Below, piece by piece: positions 37,848 to 47,729 of a stretch of DNA of 64,000 nt. The notes under the pieces were generated by a model, which worked only from the letters and a program-made list of their open reading frames with translations, did no database searches and had not been told where the DNA came from. The position numbers and the translations under genes were made by a program. Each line of letters starts with the position of its first letter. Position 1 is the first letter of the stretch. This stretch comes from Planctomycetota bacterium (GTDB lineage: Bacteria > Planctomycetota > UBA8108 > JACQVS01): assembly GCA_028280485.1 (NCBI GenBank), contig JANQLS010000048.1:5577-69576 (forward strand), read 5' to 3'.

Positions 37848-38414
37848 CTATTTTTCACTTAGGATTTCAGATTCCGATAGATTTATACCTTTAGTGAGTT
37901 CTAAAACCACGGATAGAGTTCTTTCAGATGAATCTCCCGCTACGGAACTGGGTTCTTTATTATTCAATAATTCGGCTAAATAGTATTTATCATTCTCAAA
38001 CTGAAGGGGCCCAGAGGTGCTCCAGCTCCAATTGCCGTTACTGTTGACTTTTAGCTGGTAGTTCGTCGAGATCATTCCGTTTCTTAATTTCCCTTCGATT
38101 TGATTGCTCGTCTTATTAATTGTTACAAACGCATATCGATTGTTGGAATGTAAACCCATTGGCTTTTTACTCATTATTTGCCCTGCTTTAGCTATGAATT
38201 CGTGATTAGAGGTATAGACGGCGATTCTTAATCCATTAACGTTTTCATGGCCGTGTAGGTCTATCTTGAAAACCATCGAATCGGATGCCCAGGCCATGTC
38301 ATCTTGCGTGAAGTAGTAACTCTCAATTTCTTTTTCCGTATACCATTTATAAACAAAGAAGGAACTGAACAATAAAATTATGATGACCCAAGGAAAGATA
38401 TAAAAACGTTTCAT
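37848..38414 (-). CDS. membrane-anchored hypothetical protein
   Basis: N-terminal TM (WVIIILLFSSFFVY), 188 aa. Confidence 0.4.
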   Translation of the reverse strand: MKRFYIFPWVIIILLFSSFFVYKWYTEKEIESYYFTQDDMAWASDSMVFKIDLHGHENVNGLRIAVYTSNHEFIAKAGQIMSKKPMGLHSNNRYAFVTINKTSNQIEGKLRNGMISTNYQLKVNSNGNWSWSTSGPLQFENDKYYLAELLNNKEPSSVAGDSSERTLSVVLELTKGINLSESEILSEK

Positions 38415-38573
38415 TTTGACTGTCCCAGAAAGATGATTAGAGAGTTACTTAAATAAATATAGTCGATTCCTTGGCCAATTGCTCGGTTCAATTCATCTTA
38501 TCCCAGTTTTGCGTAAGCCGACATCGTTGTGATGTTTCGAAACTTGTTAAGGGCATCCTTGTTCAACAGCATT

Positions 38574-38840
38574 CTAGTTTTGTCGGCTCTGGGGATCTCC
38601 TTTAAAACACCGAGAATCGATAAGTTTGGCTATTTGGGGGCTAAATTTAAAGAGGAGTATGGCTAAAAGAATTTGAATTAGGAGAGTGAACAGGGATCCC
38701 AATGTCATCCCAGGGATGGGTCGCATGGCCCTTAAAACCGCAATAACATTTGGAATCGCTGTCATAGATTGAACAGTAAGAATAATGGCATAAAAAGCTA
38801 AAGCTGCATTCAGTAGGGATCGAGTGCATAGATTTTTCAT
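38574..38840 (-). CDS. small integral membrane protein
   Basis: 88 aa, 2 TM. Confidence 0.35.
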   Translation of the reverse strand: MKNLCTRSLLNAALAFYAIILTVQSMTAIPNVIAVLRAMRPIPGMTLGSLFTLLIQILLAILLFKFSPQIAKLIDSRCFKGDPQSRQN

Positions 38841-39263
38841 GGAAGCTCCCAGGTTACTATTGCTTTGAGTGAGGATTTGAAACAGATGACTTTTACTGCC
38901 TAAGGATAAGTCGGGATTGAATGAAGAGATTACACTAATTATTGAATAATAGAACTGTGATTAACTATGTTGTCATATTTTGGCTGTAAAATAGTAACAT
39001 TATGATGTGCGCTCTAAAAAATTGTTTAACAAATAGATACAATTCCAAATAGGCAAGTAAAGATTCCATGCTCTGTACTAGTAGGACTGTAAGATGCAAC
39101 CGTGGATACTTTGTTTTCCTTTCTCCAACCATGGAAAGGGATTTTTGGATTGACTTACAAAAGTTTCATCATCCGGACATAGCAATTTAAATGGTGGGGA
39201 AAAAGCGGTGCTGTTTGCCTCGCAGCTAAAAATCAATAGCATAAATTCAATACGAGGAAAGAA

Positions 39264-40031
39264 ATGGGGAAAAAAGCAGTAGTTATCACTGGAGGGGTTT
39301 GTATTCTTCTGTTTTCTTTTTTAGTACCTTCCCTTGTTAAATACTATAGAATTGAGGCTCTAGTTCAGCAGCTTCATAGCACAGATCAAGAAACTCAAAG
39401 TGAAGCTATAGATCGTCTCGCCGAATATGGTCCTGAGGTGATTTCAAGATTAATTGAAGAAATTGAACAATTGCCCAAGCTTGGTGAAAAAGATGCTTGG
39501 TGGTTAAGCGTTTCAGACAGAAGCAAGACGAATAGATTGATTGACTTAAATTTGATTAAAACATTCCTTAAAATCGGAGAGTCATCTATTCCTCAATTGT
39601 TGAGACGCATTCCTTCCGAAAATTATAGATTGGAAAGTATTGCTCTTTGTGTGGTCGTTTTTCATTATTCAGAAATGGTTGACAAAGTCATGGCTGGAAA
39701 GAAGTCAATCGGAATGTGCCTCGTAGATGATGACGGTAATCCTTTTTATCACACTATGACGATGGTCGATTTTGAACCGCAGTATGTAATAAGAATTACT
39801 CAAGAAAGAGGTTCTTTTACGGGTGAACCCGACTCATCTTCCAAAGTAGTACCAAAGATTTCTTACGTTTTAAAGTGCCTCCATAAAAGTCCTTCTAAGA
39901 AAGAGGGGTTTACTCGATTGCCTGATTTGAATTTGGTGAGTGGTTTGAAATTTACTAACTTGGCTCCAGCAAGGATAGTGTTAAATGAAGTCAAATTGGC
40001 TCTTGAGCGAATTAATTTGAGTAAAAAGTGA
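39264..40031 (+). CDS. membrane-anchored HEAT-like repeat protein (family H, copy 2)
   Basis: YRIEALVQQLHSTDQETQSEAIDRLAEYGPEVISRLIEEIEQLPKL. Aligns with 31166..31960 including LIKTFLKIGESSIP. Confidence 0.5.
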   Translation: MGKKAVVITGGVCILLFSFLVPSLVKYYRIEALVQQLHSTDQETQSEAIDRLAEYGPEVISRLIEEIEQLPKLGEKDAWWLSVSDRSKTNRLIDLNLIKTFLKIGESSIPQLLRRIPSENYRLESIALCVVVFHYSEMVDKVMAGKKSIGMCLVDDDGNPFYHTMTMVDFEPQYVIRITQERGSFTGEPDSSSKVVPKISYVLKCLHKSPSKKEGFTRLPDLNLVSGLKFTNLAPARIVLNEVKLALERINLSKK

Positions 40032-40049
40032 ATGTTCTCCCTTTAGCTA

Positions 40050-40556
40050 TTACTCCGAGCCGCCTTGGTTCCAAACCCTAAGTGGGCTGATCCCAAAATT
40101 TAAATTCCAAAACCAATAAACTTGCTTATACCCTTTTTCTGCTAGTATGGAGTCGATTTCTGATGTTTGTTCGACTTCACTCTGAGGCTTAACTTTACAT
40201 AATCCGATGACTGCTTTGGTTCCGGGAGTTACATCTTGCTCAACGGTTTTTTTGAAATCTTCGAAAGTTTGACCAAAAGCCCAAAATCCGATGTAGTCGG
40301 CGTCTTCATATTGGCCCAATATTTCTATTTCTTGTTCGTACTTTAGAATCCTTTGTAGGCTTACGGGATTGTTATTTTTATCACGATTACCATTGAGTCT
40401 TATTTCTTCCAATTCTTGCATATACCATTTTTGAGTATTCGCTGCTGCCCACTTAAATGTGATTGAGTGTTCAGGTTTGTCTTCTGAGTTTTGGCAACTT
40501 ACCAAAGAGAATAAAACTGAAGCTACAAAGATTGGGCCTGAAGTATTTAGGTTCAT
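40050..40556 (-). CDS. lipoprotein, hypothetical
   Basis: Lipobox LVSC, 168 aa. Confidence 0.45.
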   Translation of the reverse strand: MNLNTSGPIFVASVLFSLVSCQNSEDKPEHSITFKWAAANTQKWYMQELEEIRLNGNRDKNNNPVSLQRILKYEQEIEILGQYEDADYIGFWAFGQTFEDFKKTVEQDVTPGTKAVIGLCKVKPQSEVEQTSEIDSILAEKGYKQVYWFWNLNFGISPLRVWNQGGSE

Positions 40557-40897
40557 TAAGATTGAGATTCCGTTTCTTCATCATCTTCATCAGAAACGGG
40601 AACCATTCTCGGTTTTAGCAGCCACCTGAAAAAATCAACATGTATGAGAAGGCTGTCTAGGGCAATGTCAAAGGATAGCTCAACTAATAAAATGGGTGTT
40701 ATAGCTATGAATAAAATTCTTGAGTTTGGATCTTTATCTTGAAGTATTTCATAAGATCCAACTAAAACATTTGATACTCCTGGGTAAACTGGATACTTTT
40801 TAAAGCCTCTGGATCCCCCGCGACTTAATATCGAAACACAACCAGTAGTTGAAATTAAAACCAAGAGTAGAAAGACTAAGAGAATTTTAACTTTCAA
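40556..40897 (-). CDS. DUF1375 (YceK-like) lipoprotein, divergent copy
   Basis: Lipobox TTGC. YPVYPGVSNVL...ILFIAITPILLVELSFDIALDSLLI matches the YceK pattern. It overlaps the downstream gene by 1 nt. Confidence 0.45.
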   Translation of the reverse strand: MKVKILLVFLLLVLISTTGCVSILSRGGSRGFKKYPVYPGVSNVLVGSYEILQDKDPNSRILFIAITPILLVELSFDIALDSLLIHVDFFRWLLKPRMVPVSDEDDEETESQS

Positions 40898-40944
40898 ATT
40901 CTGGCCCTGCCCATTTTTTTGTTTATGATAAATTTAGTTATACT

Positions 40945-41322
40945 TTGTTCCATAGCCTAACCGAATTAGTAAGAAAAGACCAAAAAGTGAAAATTATAAT
41001 TCTGGTTACGTCAATCCTATTTTTACCAGGTTGTTTAAGCGTTCAAATGACCTACTACACTTATCCTCTTCCGATTCAAAGTTATCGGGGGACTGTTAGT
41101 CACGTCAGTCACTTTCCTTTATATCGAAAGACAGCCCCTGGGTATCGTTTGTACGGGCCCTTCATCATGGTTGTCGTAGGTCAGTCCTTTGTTGACTTAT
41201 GCTTATGTGCGGGTTTGGATACTCTTCTTCTTCCAGCGACCTTGCCTGTAGATATTTATGGCATTTTTTATCCAGATGATTTTGAGTATTATCGTGCCAG
41301 AGCTATGTCAGAGGATTGGTAG
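40945..41322 (+). CDS. DUF1375 (YceK-like) lipoprotein
   Basis: Lipobox LPGC. YRKTAPGYRLYG...CAGLDTLLLPATLPVDIYG. Confidence 0.55.
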   Translation: MFHSLTELVRKDQKVKIIILVTSILFLPGCLSVQMTYYTYPLPIQSYRGTVSHVSHFPLYRKTAPGYRLYGPFIMVVVGQSFVDLCLCAGLDTLLLPATLPVDIYGIFYPDDFEYYRARAMSEDW

Positions 41323-41564
41323 TGATTTTAAATATTTAGAACTTAAGAAATTAAGCTTCAAACAGAACATTCTCAGAGTTAAATAATATCGAGTGAATGC
41401 AGGGCTCTATGATTGGATTTATGGTAATTGAATCTCCGCGATGAACTTACTACCTGTTAGGGTGATATTGAAACGTAGTAGGTTGAAGAAAAATAAATTA
41501 CTACTCGTTAGATTATAGATACGATCTTTTCCTTCTGTTAGAGAGATAAACTATTCTTACTTCG

Positions 41565-42080
41565 ATGAAAAGAAAACTAATCTTAGGAGCTGTGATTGCC
41601 TTTCTCATTAGCGCGTTGTCCTCGGCGTGTTATATTTACCGCTCAAGTATCAAAAAGAAATATTGGTATTATAGATTATTGAATTGTAAATCCTATTCGG
41701 GCTGCGAAGAAGCAAGTGATGGGTATTTCAAGAATTGTTCTGTTGATGATTTTGAAAAAGTAGTATCAAATTTTTTACCTAATCTAAATAAATTTGATTG
41801 GGAGATTGTTCAATTCCAGTGGGGTTTAGGTATTAGTGCAAATGAAATTGATGCCGGGTTTATTGATGATCCTCAAATACGGTGGGGGAAAATTACATAT
41901 GAAAAATATGTCGACAAGTATCGAAGTGAGTTAATTCATAAGGGAAATAAATATATAAAGATGAAAGAGATAAAGAATAAGGCCATTGGTATTTGCATAT
42001 TGTTTAAAAGCATTGAAGAAGCTAAAGGCCATTTGAAAGGGATAAAGCACAGTATCCACAAGGGGGAGATTTTAGAGTAG
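41565..42080 (+). CDS. membrane-anchored family W-like protein
   Basis: N-terminal TM, then KKKYWYYRLLNCKSYSGCEE (variant of the WIWKLR-C-x3-DCE motif). Confidence 0.4.
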   Translation: MKRKLILGAVIAFLISALSSACYIYRSSIKKKYWYYRLLNCKSYSGCEEASDGYFKNCSVDDFEKVVSNFLPNLNKFDWEIVQFQWGLGISANEIDAGFIDDPQIRWGKITYEKYVDKYRSELIHKGNKYIKMKEIKNKAIGICILFKSIEEAKGHLKGIKHSIHKGEILE

Positions 42081-42189
42081 AGTTCGAGTATCAAATTAAA
42101 TAGATCTTAAGTGAGCCCGTTGCTTGAGCGCCTTACTAGGTAGAGGTTTTGTCAGCTCACTCTAATAATTTTTAATGAGGCCTCTAAAT

Positions 42190-42651
42190 TTATTTATTAC
42201 TCTTTTCTGGAGCTTCAATCTGGGATAAGGAATTCTTTAACTTCAACGATTTTAAAATCAGAATCCAACACCTATCAATGAGAATACCAATAATTAAAGT
42301 AGGAATACTCCAGATGAATAATCCTAAGCTGTAAGTATAGGTTAGTGGGCTATTAAATGTACCATGAAATATATGAGATCCGACAAACTGAATATTAACC
42401 ATCAACCAACCGCCAAGTGAAGAGTACAGACAAGTAAATGGCCTTTGATTAAAATGGGAATAAATTGATCCAGAGATTGAACCCAGAACGATTACGAATA
42501 AAAAGGAAGCAATTGAACTGAAGTGTAAGCTGTCATTTAATGCTGAGCTTAAAATCGCAATAATCAAGGTCATTCCAATTGTAATGAGGAGACCAGGAAT
42601 TGTATGAAGGTTTCTAATGGTTCTCTGAATGGAATGAACTAAAAATATCAC
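42190..42651 (-). CDS. integral membrane protein, hypothetical
   Basis: 153 aa, 4 TM. Confidence 0.45.
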   Translation of the reverse strand: MIFLVHSIQRTIRNLHTIPGLLITIGMTLIIAILSSALNDSLHFSSIASFLFVIVLGSISGSIYSHFNQRPFTCLYSSLGGWLMVNIQFVGSHIFHGTFNSPLTYTYSLGLFIWSIPTLIIGILIDRCWILILKSLKLKNSLSQIEAPEKSNK

Positions 42652-42723
42652 TGATAGTTTGATCCAATGGTAGTAGGGATGGGGTAATTTTTTTGAATTG
42701 CCTTAAATGTGTGATCAAGTGAA

Positions 42724-43437
42724 CTACTCACGTATCTCCTCTCGAAGCGGACGAACGTGTGACGGGATGTCCTCTGGATCAATGTCATTGAGCCTCTCTA
42801 CATTGAAGTAACCCCGATAGCCAAAGAGCTTTCCCCAAATGCGATTTCGAACGTCCACTTCAATACCGAATTGACCTTTCTTTTCATCAAACCATTCGTG
42901 TACGTTTGCAAATCCTGTGAATATTCCAGGGAATCTAAAGGCTAATGGACCTTCGTAGAATCGTTGTTCCCCTGATCTGATTTTTATCCCTCTGACCTCA
43001 CTCACACTGAACTCTAAATCAACTGCTAAGTGTTGGTGGTCTCCAAGGTAGTCGACAATACGATTTCGTTGATTGCTATATATCATAGTAGCGTCGAACC
43101 GCCTCGTCTTGCGAGCGTTAAATGTCCGCACCCAGGTTACAGTTTCACGCCCAAATCGATCTATATAAGCGTAGTTTTCAATTTTAAATGGAATACCACA
43201 ACCTTTCTCTGGGAACATGATCTTACGCCAAGTGCCAAGGTACAAAAATGGCAGAGTATATAAAGGGCCATGCCAGATTTTTTCCATGACGCCGCGCCCA
43301 ATTAAGGCGCAGCGATCGTTACTATTAAATCCGAATCGCTCACGAATTTTTGGGTGGAGCTTTGAAAAATTTTCAAACCCCATTGCTTGTTCGTAAATAG
43401 AACAATGTGAATTTTGAATAGGTGAGGTATCGCTCAA
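42724..43437 (-). CDS. DUF4166-like protein
   Basis: 237 aa soluble. It overlaps the upstream SRPBCC-DoxX gene by 4 nt. The DUF4166 assignment is from memory of that family's architecture. Confidence 0.35.
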   Translation of the reverse strand: MSDTSPIQNSHCSIYEQAMGFENFSKLHPKIRERFGFNSNDRCALIGRGVMEKIWHGPLYTLPFLYLGTWRKIMFPEKGCGIPFKIENYAYIDRFGRETVTWVRTFNARKTRRFDATMIYSNQRNRIVDYLGDHQHLAVDLEFSVSEVRGIKIRSGEQRFYEGPLAFRFPGIFTGFANVHEWFDEKKGQFGIEVDVRNRIWGKLFGYRGYFNVERLNDIDPEDIPSHVRPLREEIRE

Positions 43438-44357
43438 TCTGATTTCCTCTCAGATTCAGGTTTTTTCCGGAGGCAGCTTCGCGCAGTAGGCAGATCCCTT
43501 TTGAGAATTAGCGCAATCACAGCGAGTGTGAAAAGCTGAACATTGAGAGTGACTGGATTGAATGCTGAAATCAAGTACTGAGGAGAATTCACAGCAACTC
43601 CGATGGTGGCGATGATCATAAAGATGAGAGTAGCCCATAAAGGAGCGACCCAACGCCAGAGGCACAGAACTACAAGGCCAAAAACTATTTCGATGATTCC
43701 TACCGTACTAACGAGTAGATTCGCCAATTCGGAATTGATCCCTGCGTCCGTGAACATTGCCAATTCATCGGGGTGATTAAAAATAAGTTTTGGTATAAGC
43801 CCATGCCATATCCAGACAAACCCTAATGTGCTACGGGCAAGTCCGTATCCGATGAACTGACGCAAGGTGCTGTCTGGGTGTTGTGCGTGCTCCAACCAAC
43901 GACGAAGACGATCAAAACTCCAGGCAGTTGCCCAGCCCATAATGGGTCGAAAGATAAGTTTATCAAAACATCGTCCCATCAACCCGAATCGAACTTTGTA
44001 ATCATAGAGTGTTATGAATCGAACCGAGTCACCGGCCTGCAAGTACTTCCAGTATCCTGAACCTTCACGAATAAGAGAGAGTTTGTCATCAGACCAAAAT
44101 CGAAGTGCGGAAGATTTTGAATCAAGGGATGTGCTTTCCCCTTTGGACTCACCTTTTCCAGCTATTTCAATTCCAAAGCCAATTCGTGTTTTATAAAGAA
44201 AGTTCTGAAGCTCGCTACTGTTTGTCACCGGTAGGTAATTGATTTCAGAAAAACGTAAATCCCAACGTTCGTGGAGTTCTGGACTTTGAGTATATTTCCA
44301 GATTTTTTCCATAGGCACATTCATCAGAATTTCGACATAAATGGATCGAGATGACAT
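43434..44357 (-). CDS. SRPBCC (polyketide cyclase/START-like) domain fused to DoxX-like 4-TM membrane domain
   Basis: N-terminal IYVEILMNVPMEKIWKYTQSPELHERWDLRF (SRPBCC-like). C-terminal hydrophobic half YGLARSTLGFVWIWHGLIPKL... (DoxX-like). Confidence 0.55.
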   Translation of the reverse strand: MSSRSIYVEILMNVPMEKIWKYTQSPELHERWDLRFSEINYLPVTNSSELQNFLYKTRIGFGIEIAGKGESKGESTSLDSKSSALRFWSDDKLSLIREGSGYWKYLQAGDSVRFITLYDYKVRFGLMGRCFDKLIFRPIMGWATAWSFDRLRRWLEHAQHPDSTLRQFIGYGLARSTLGFVWIWHGLIPKLIFNHPDELAMFTDAGINSELANLLVSTVGIIEIVFGLVVLCLWRWVAPLWATLIFMIIATIGVAVNSPQYLISAFNPVTLNVQLFTLAVIALILKRDLPTARSCLRKKPESERKSD

Positions 44358-44618
44358 AGATGGACCTTTTGCTGAACTTTTCCTGAGGATCGCAAATTTT
44401 TAGTGCTATGGTTTGCCGTTCTACCCTAGCCACTGAATTGATGGAAATCATGAAGATCTGAAGATAAGTTTGAGTCCCAAAACTCGGGCATTTAAAATTC
44501 ATAGAGAACGGGACTGATTTATTACTTTCACAAAACCGTATAGTAATTTAAAAATTAACATCAGAATTTATCTTAATTCGGTTTAGAAGCATGAAAGGAT
44601 TTTTTAGTTTAATCTTAA

Positions 44619-45450
44619 ATGAAATCTAAGCTCCGAATACTCATCTTCCTCATCGCAGGTCTTGTAACCTTAGCAACCCTCGGAACTGTAGCTATCTACT
44701 GACAATCCCTAGTCGCCTGGTACGAGTTCCAGCGTGAGTTTGAGAAGTTACCTGTTAGCGTGCAGGGCCTCCCTGAGTACAAGCATCGTCAGACGGGGAT
44801 CATCTTCGATAAGGTTCCTGGTGGGACGTTTATGATGGGGAGTCCGGAGGATGAGGTGGGGCGTAAACCAGATGACGGTCCCCAGCATGAGATCACCCTT
44901 TCATCTTTTCTCATAGGTAAGTATGAAATTTCACAAGAGCAGTGGGAAAGTGTGATGGACTCAAATCCTTCTCTATTTAAAGGTAGAGATCTCCCCGTTG
45001 AGAATATTTGCTGGGACGACATCCAAAAATTTAGGGAGGAGACTCAGTTAGTACTTCCGACTGAAGCTCAATGGGAGTATGCCTGCCGGGCAGGATCGAC
45101 GAGTTCATACACTTTTGGAAAAACAATCTCAAATAAAGATGCGAATTTGAAGAATGAATCCAAGTAGCATTAATACATCCGGGCAGAAATTCGCGGGAAA
45201 AACCATGCCAGTGAATCGATTTAAACCTAATCGCTTTGGGATGCATCAAATGCATGGAAATGTAGCGGAATGGTGTGAAGACTTAACTCAAACCCGTAGT
45301 ATTTTTGGAGGCTTAAGAAACAACCGTATTGTTCGGGGTGGGAGTTTTTATCAAACAACCTCTGAGAATCGCTCTGCTTCAAGAAGTTCTATGCGTCAAG
45401 GGGCTCGATCTCCAATGGTCGGCTTCCGCCCGGTCTGGAATCTGAAGTAG
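44619..45450 (+). pseudogene. family F (TM plus FGE-domain) paralog inactivated by an in-frame TGA and a frameshift
   Basis: ATG at 44619 encodes a TM segment, then TGA at 44700..44702 where paralogs have W (AIY*QSLVAWYEFQ vs LNWDGLLREYRFW). The FGE domain continues in frame (ORF 44760..45167), then shifts frame near 45150 (ANLKNESK* / MNPSSINTSGQK vs paralog ANFFVMNPANGK). ORF 45154..45450 carries the C-terminal half. Confidence 0.65.
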
Positions 45451-45529
45451 GGGAGAGGAAGGGAGGTAAAGTAAAATTTAGAGAACGACACTGTTTACTT
45501 ATTGAGCTACAAGGTAACAGGAGCTTTGT

Positions 45530-45814
45530 TTGATGGGTGCACTCTTATATTTTTTTGGAATGTTGTCAGTGGCCTGTGGAATTTTAAGTATTTTACTCGG
45601 CTATTTGAGGTTGTTGTATGTTGCATTTGAAACGGTCACCGAAAAGGGGCAGGACAAGGGTGTGTTACTACTTTATTTAATTTTGCCGTTTATGTTGATT
45701 CACTTTATATTCAATAATTGGAAAGAGGCGAGTCTTCCCTTTTCTCTTTGTTGCTTTGGATTAACATTAATATTTATTGGCTCTTTGTCTGTTGGATTCG
45801 CATGGTACTTTTGA
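45530..45814 (+). CDS. small integral membrane protein
   Basis: 94 aa, 3 TM. Confidence 0.35.
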   Translation: MMGALLYFFGMLSVACGILSILLGYLRLLYVAFETVTEKGQDKGVLLLYLILPFMLIHFIFNNWKEASLPFSLCCFGLTLIFIGSLSVGFAWYF

Positions 45815-45945
45815 GGGGATAAGGATTATTTTGGCGGTTTAAGATTTTACTAATCAGGGCACACCCTTTTGTGGAATGTCTATGTCTTGGTGATTAACTG
45901 TGTGTGGTCTATCAGTCAGTAGAAATTTTTAGCATTAAAGTTCAT

Positions 45946-46956
45946 CTAATGAAGAACCTGTTCATGTTACTTGTTTTAATACTTGTATTTGTTGCCGGAT
46001 GTCAATCAGAGGGCAAAACTCGTCTTGAATCAGCTCAAGAATATTTGAACTCAAGAACCGATGTATCGCAGGAAATCAAGGATGCAATACTAAAGGGGAG
46101 AGTCTTAATTGGGATGTACCCCGATGAAGCCTACTATGCAGCAGGGCATTTTGTGTACGAAATCACCGGGCAGCCGGAAGGAGTGTTTCCTCCGGACGTT
46201 ATTTTCTCACAACGTCAAAATCCTGACCCTAATATCGTCATCACACTCCGATTTAATAATACGAGCCAGTTTGAATCTAAATATTCTGTGCCATTCAAAG
46301 TCGTCTTTCGAAAAGGTCGAGCCACGGAGATCGTCAAAAATGAAGACGAAGAGGAATCACTGGATGATTTACCTCATTGTAAATCAAACCTTGAAATGGA
46401 AGTATTAGATAGAATATCTCATGTGTACCATCCCCAGAAAGGAATTGGAGCTGATCCTGAGCAGGTCATCCCCAAGCTCATAAATTTATTGGAAAATCAA
46501 ATGAAGCAAGAACAGGCATCGGTCGCCTTAGGTAGAGTTGGAAAACCTGCTGTTCCGAGTCTCATTCGAGCTTTGTCTCATCGCGATTTTATGGTTCGGC
46601 AATACGCTAGTAATGCTTTGGCCTCAATCGGAAAAGAAGCAGGAGGAGCTATCCCTGCACTTAGAAATCTTTTAAAGAGTGAGAGTAATAGTGACAAAAA
46701 AATTGCTGCTATAGCTTTGGGATTTATTGGTTCAGAATCGAAAAACGCAGTTCCAGACATAATAGAATTACTTCGTAATCGCCCAGTCTTTGTCAGGTAT
46801 TCCGCCGCAAAGGCACTCGGTCTAATTGGAGATGCTAGAGCCATCTCTGCTTTAGAAGCTGCGACTAATGACGAGGACGATTATGTTCGTCGCATAGTGA
46901 AAGCAGCGTTAAAGAGGCTCAGGAGTTCGATTCAGAAGCCAGTTGAGGGGAGCTAG
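45946..46956 (+). CDS. lipoprotein with C-terminal HEAT (PBS-lyase-type) repeats
   Basis: Lipobox VFVAGC (the ORF-track start at 45904 is probably too early). Repeats VPSLIRALSHRDFMVRQYASNALASIG, IPALRNLLKSESNSDKKIAAIALGFIG, VPDIIELLRNRPVFVRYSAAKALGLIG. Confidence 0.6.
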   Translation, partial: LMKNLFMLLVLILVFVAGCQSEGKTRLESAQEYLNSRTDVSQEIKDAILKGRVLIGMYPDEAYYAAGHFVYEITGQPEGVFPPDVIFSQRQNPDPNIVITLRFNNTSQFESKYSVPFKVVFRKGRATEIVKNEDEEESLDDLPHCKSNLEMEVLDRISHVYHPQKGIGADPEQVIPKLINLLENQMKQEQASVALGRVGKPAVPSLIRALSHRDFMVRQYASNALASIGKEAGGAIPALRNLLKSESNSDKKIAAIALGFIGSESKNAVPDIIELLRNRPVFVRYSAAKALGLIGDARAISALEAATNDEDDYVRRIVKAALKRLRSSIQKPVEGS

Positions 46957-47040
46957 TAGCTCATGTGAATTGGCGGTTTCCGTCGCTCTGGGACTGGACT
47001 GAGAATGATTTATAAGATTAACTGTAATTAAGAACAAAAC

Positions 47041-47586
47041 ATGAATAGAAGTGACTGGAGTCTTCCCATAGAACTTGATGACCTCATCCTCCGCCGTGCG
47101 GATGAACGAGATACAGAAGCTTTATGCAAACTTTACTCTGAACCTGAGGTTTGTCGATACCAATTTTGGACTTCCGAACAATTCCAAGAAGGGATTCTTG
47201 AAGAGGAATTTGAAGTTGGAGCTCCAGGTGTTCCTCTTTTTCTCGCAATTATCTCCAAAGAGCACGGTGGCTTGATTGGGGATTGCCAGCTAACAATTGA
47301 AAGCTCAGAATCTCGCCAGGGGGAGATCGGTTTCTCGTTGCACCCCTCATTCTGGGGGCGTGGATACGCAACCCGTGCCGTTGGGGCTACCTTCGGATTT
47401 GGATTTGATTTTCTGGATCTTCACCGTATCTATGGAGCAACCGACATCCGAAACGAACGGTGTTGGCGCCTTATGGAGCGTGTGGGAATGCGAAGAGAAG
47501 CACACTTCCAAGAAGACAACTTCTATAATGATGAGTGGTTGAGTTCATACGTTTATGCGATACTCAAAAAAGAGTGGTCTGGATGA
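47041..47586 (+). CDS. GNAT family N-acetyltransferase
   Basis: IGFSLHPSFWGRGYATRAVGATFGFGF and HRIYGATDIRNERCWRLMERVGMRRE are typical RimJ/RimL-type acetyl-CoA binding motifs. Confidence 0.8.
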   Translation: MNRSDWSLPIELDDLILRRADERDTEALCKLYSEPEVCRYQFWTSEQFQEGILEEEFEVGAPGVPLFLAIISKEHGGLIGDCQLTIESSESRQGEIGFSLHPSFWGRGYATRAVGATFGFGFDFLDLHRIYGATDIRNERCWRLMERVGMRREAHFQEDNFYNDEWLSSYVYAILKKEWSG

Positions 47587-47729
47587 CTCTATTATCTGGT
47601 TCACTTCAAATTTAACGTTATTGTTAGCAAATCTGAATTCAATTACCTTCCGTTTAAAAATCAAATTGAAAGTGAGAATGGTGGGCTAGGCAGCCCCGTG
47701 ATTTTCTTTTAAATCGTAAGGCTATTAAA

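Noticed and set aside
41285-41310. Sigma-54 promoter (TGGCACG on the minus strand)
   Set aside because: The -12 element does not match TTGC(W) at the right spacing, and the site is inside the 40945..41322 coding region.
44760-45450. Two separate small genes (44760..45167 and 45154..45450)
   Set aside because: Together they reconstitute one FGE domain collinear with 36872 and 58196, and the upstream TM segment is cut off by an in-frame TGA, so they are one pseudogene.
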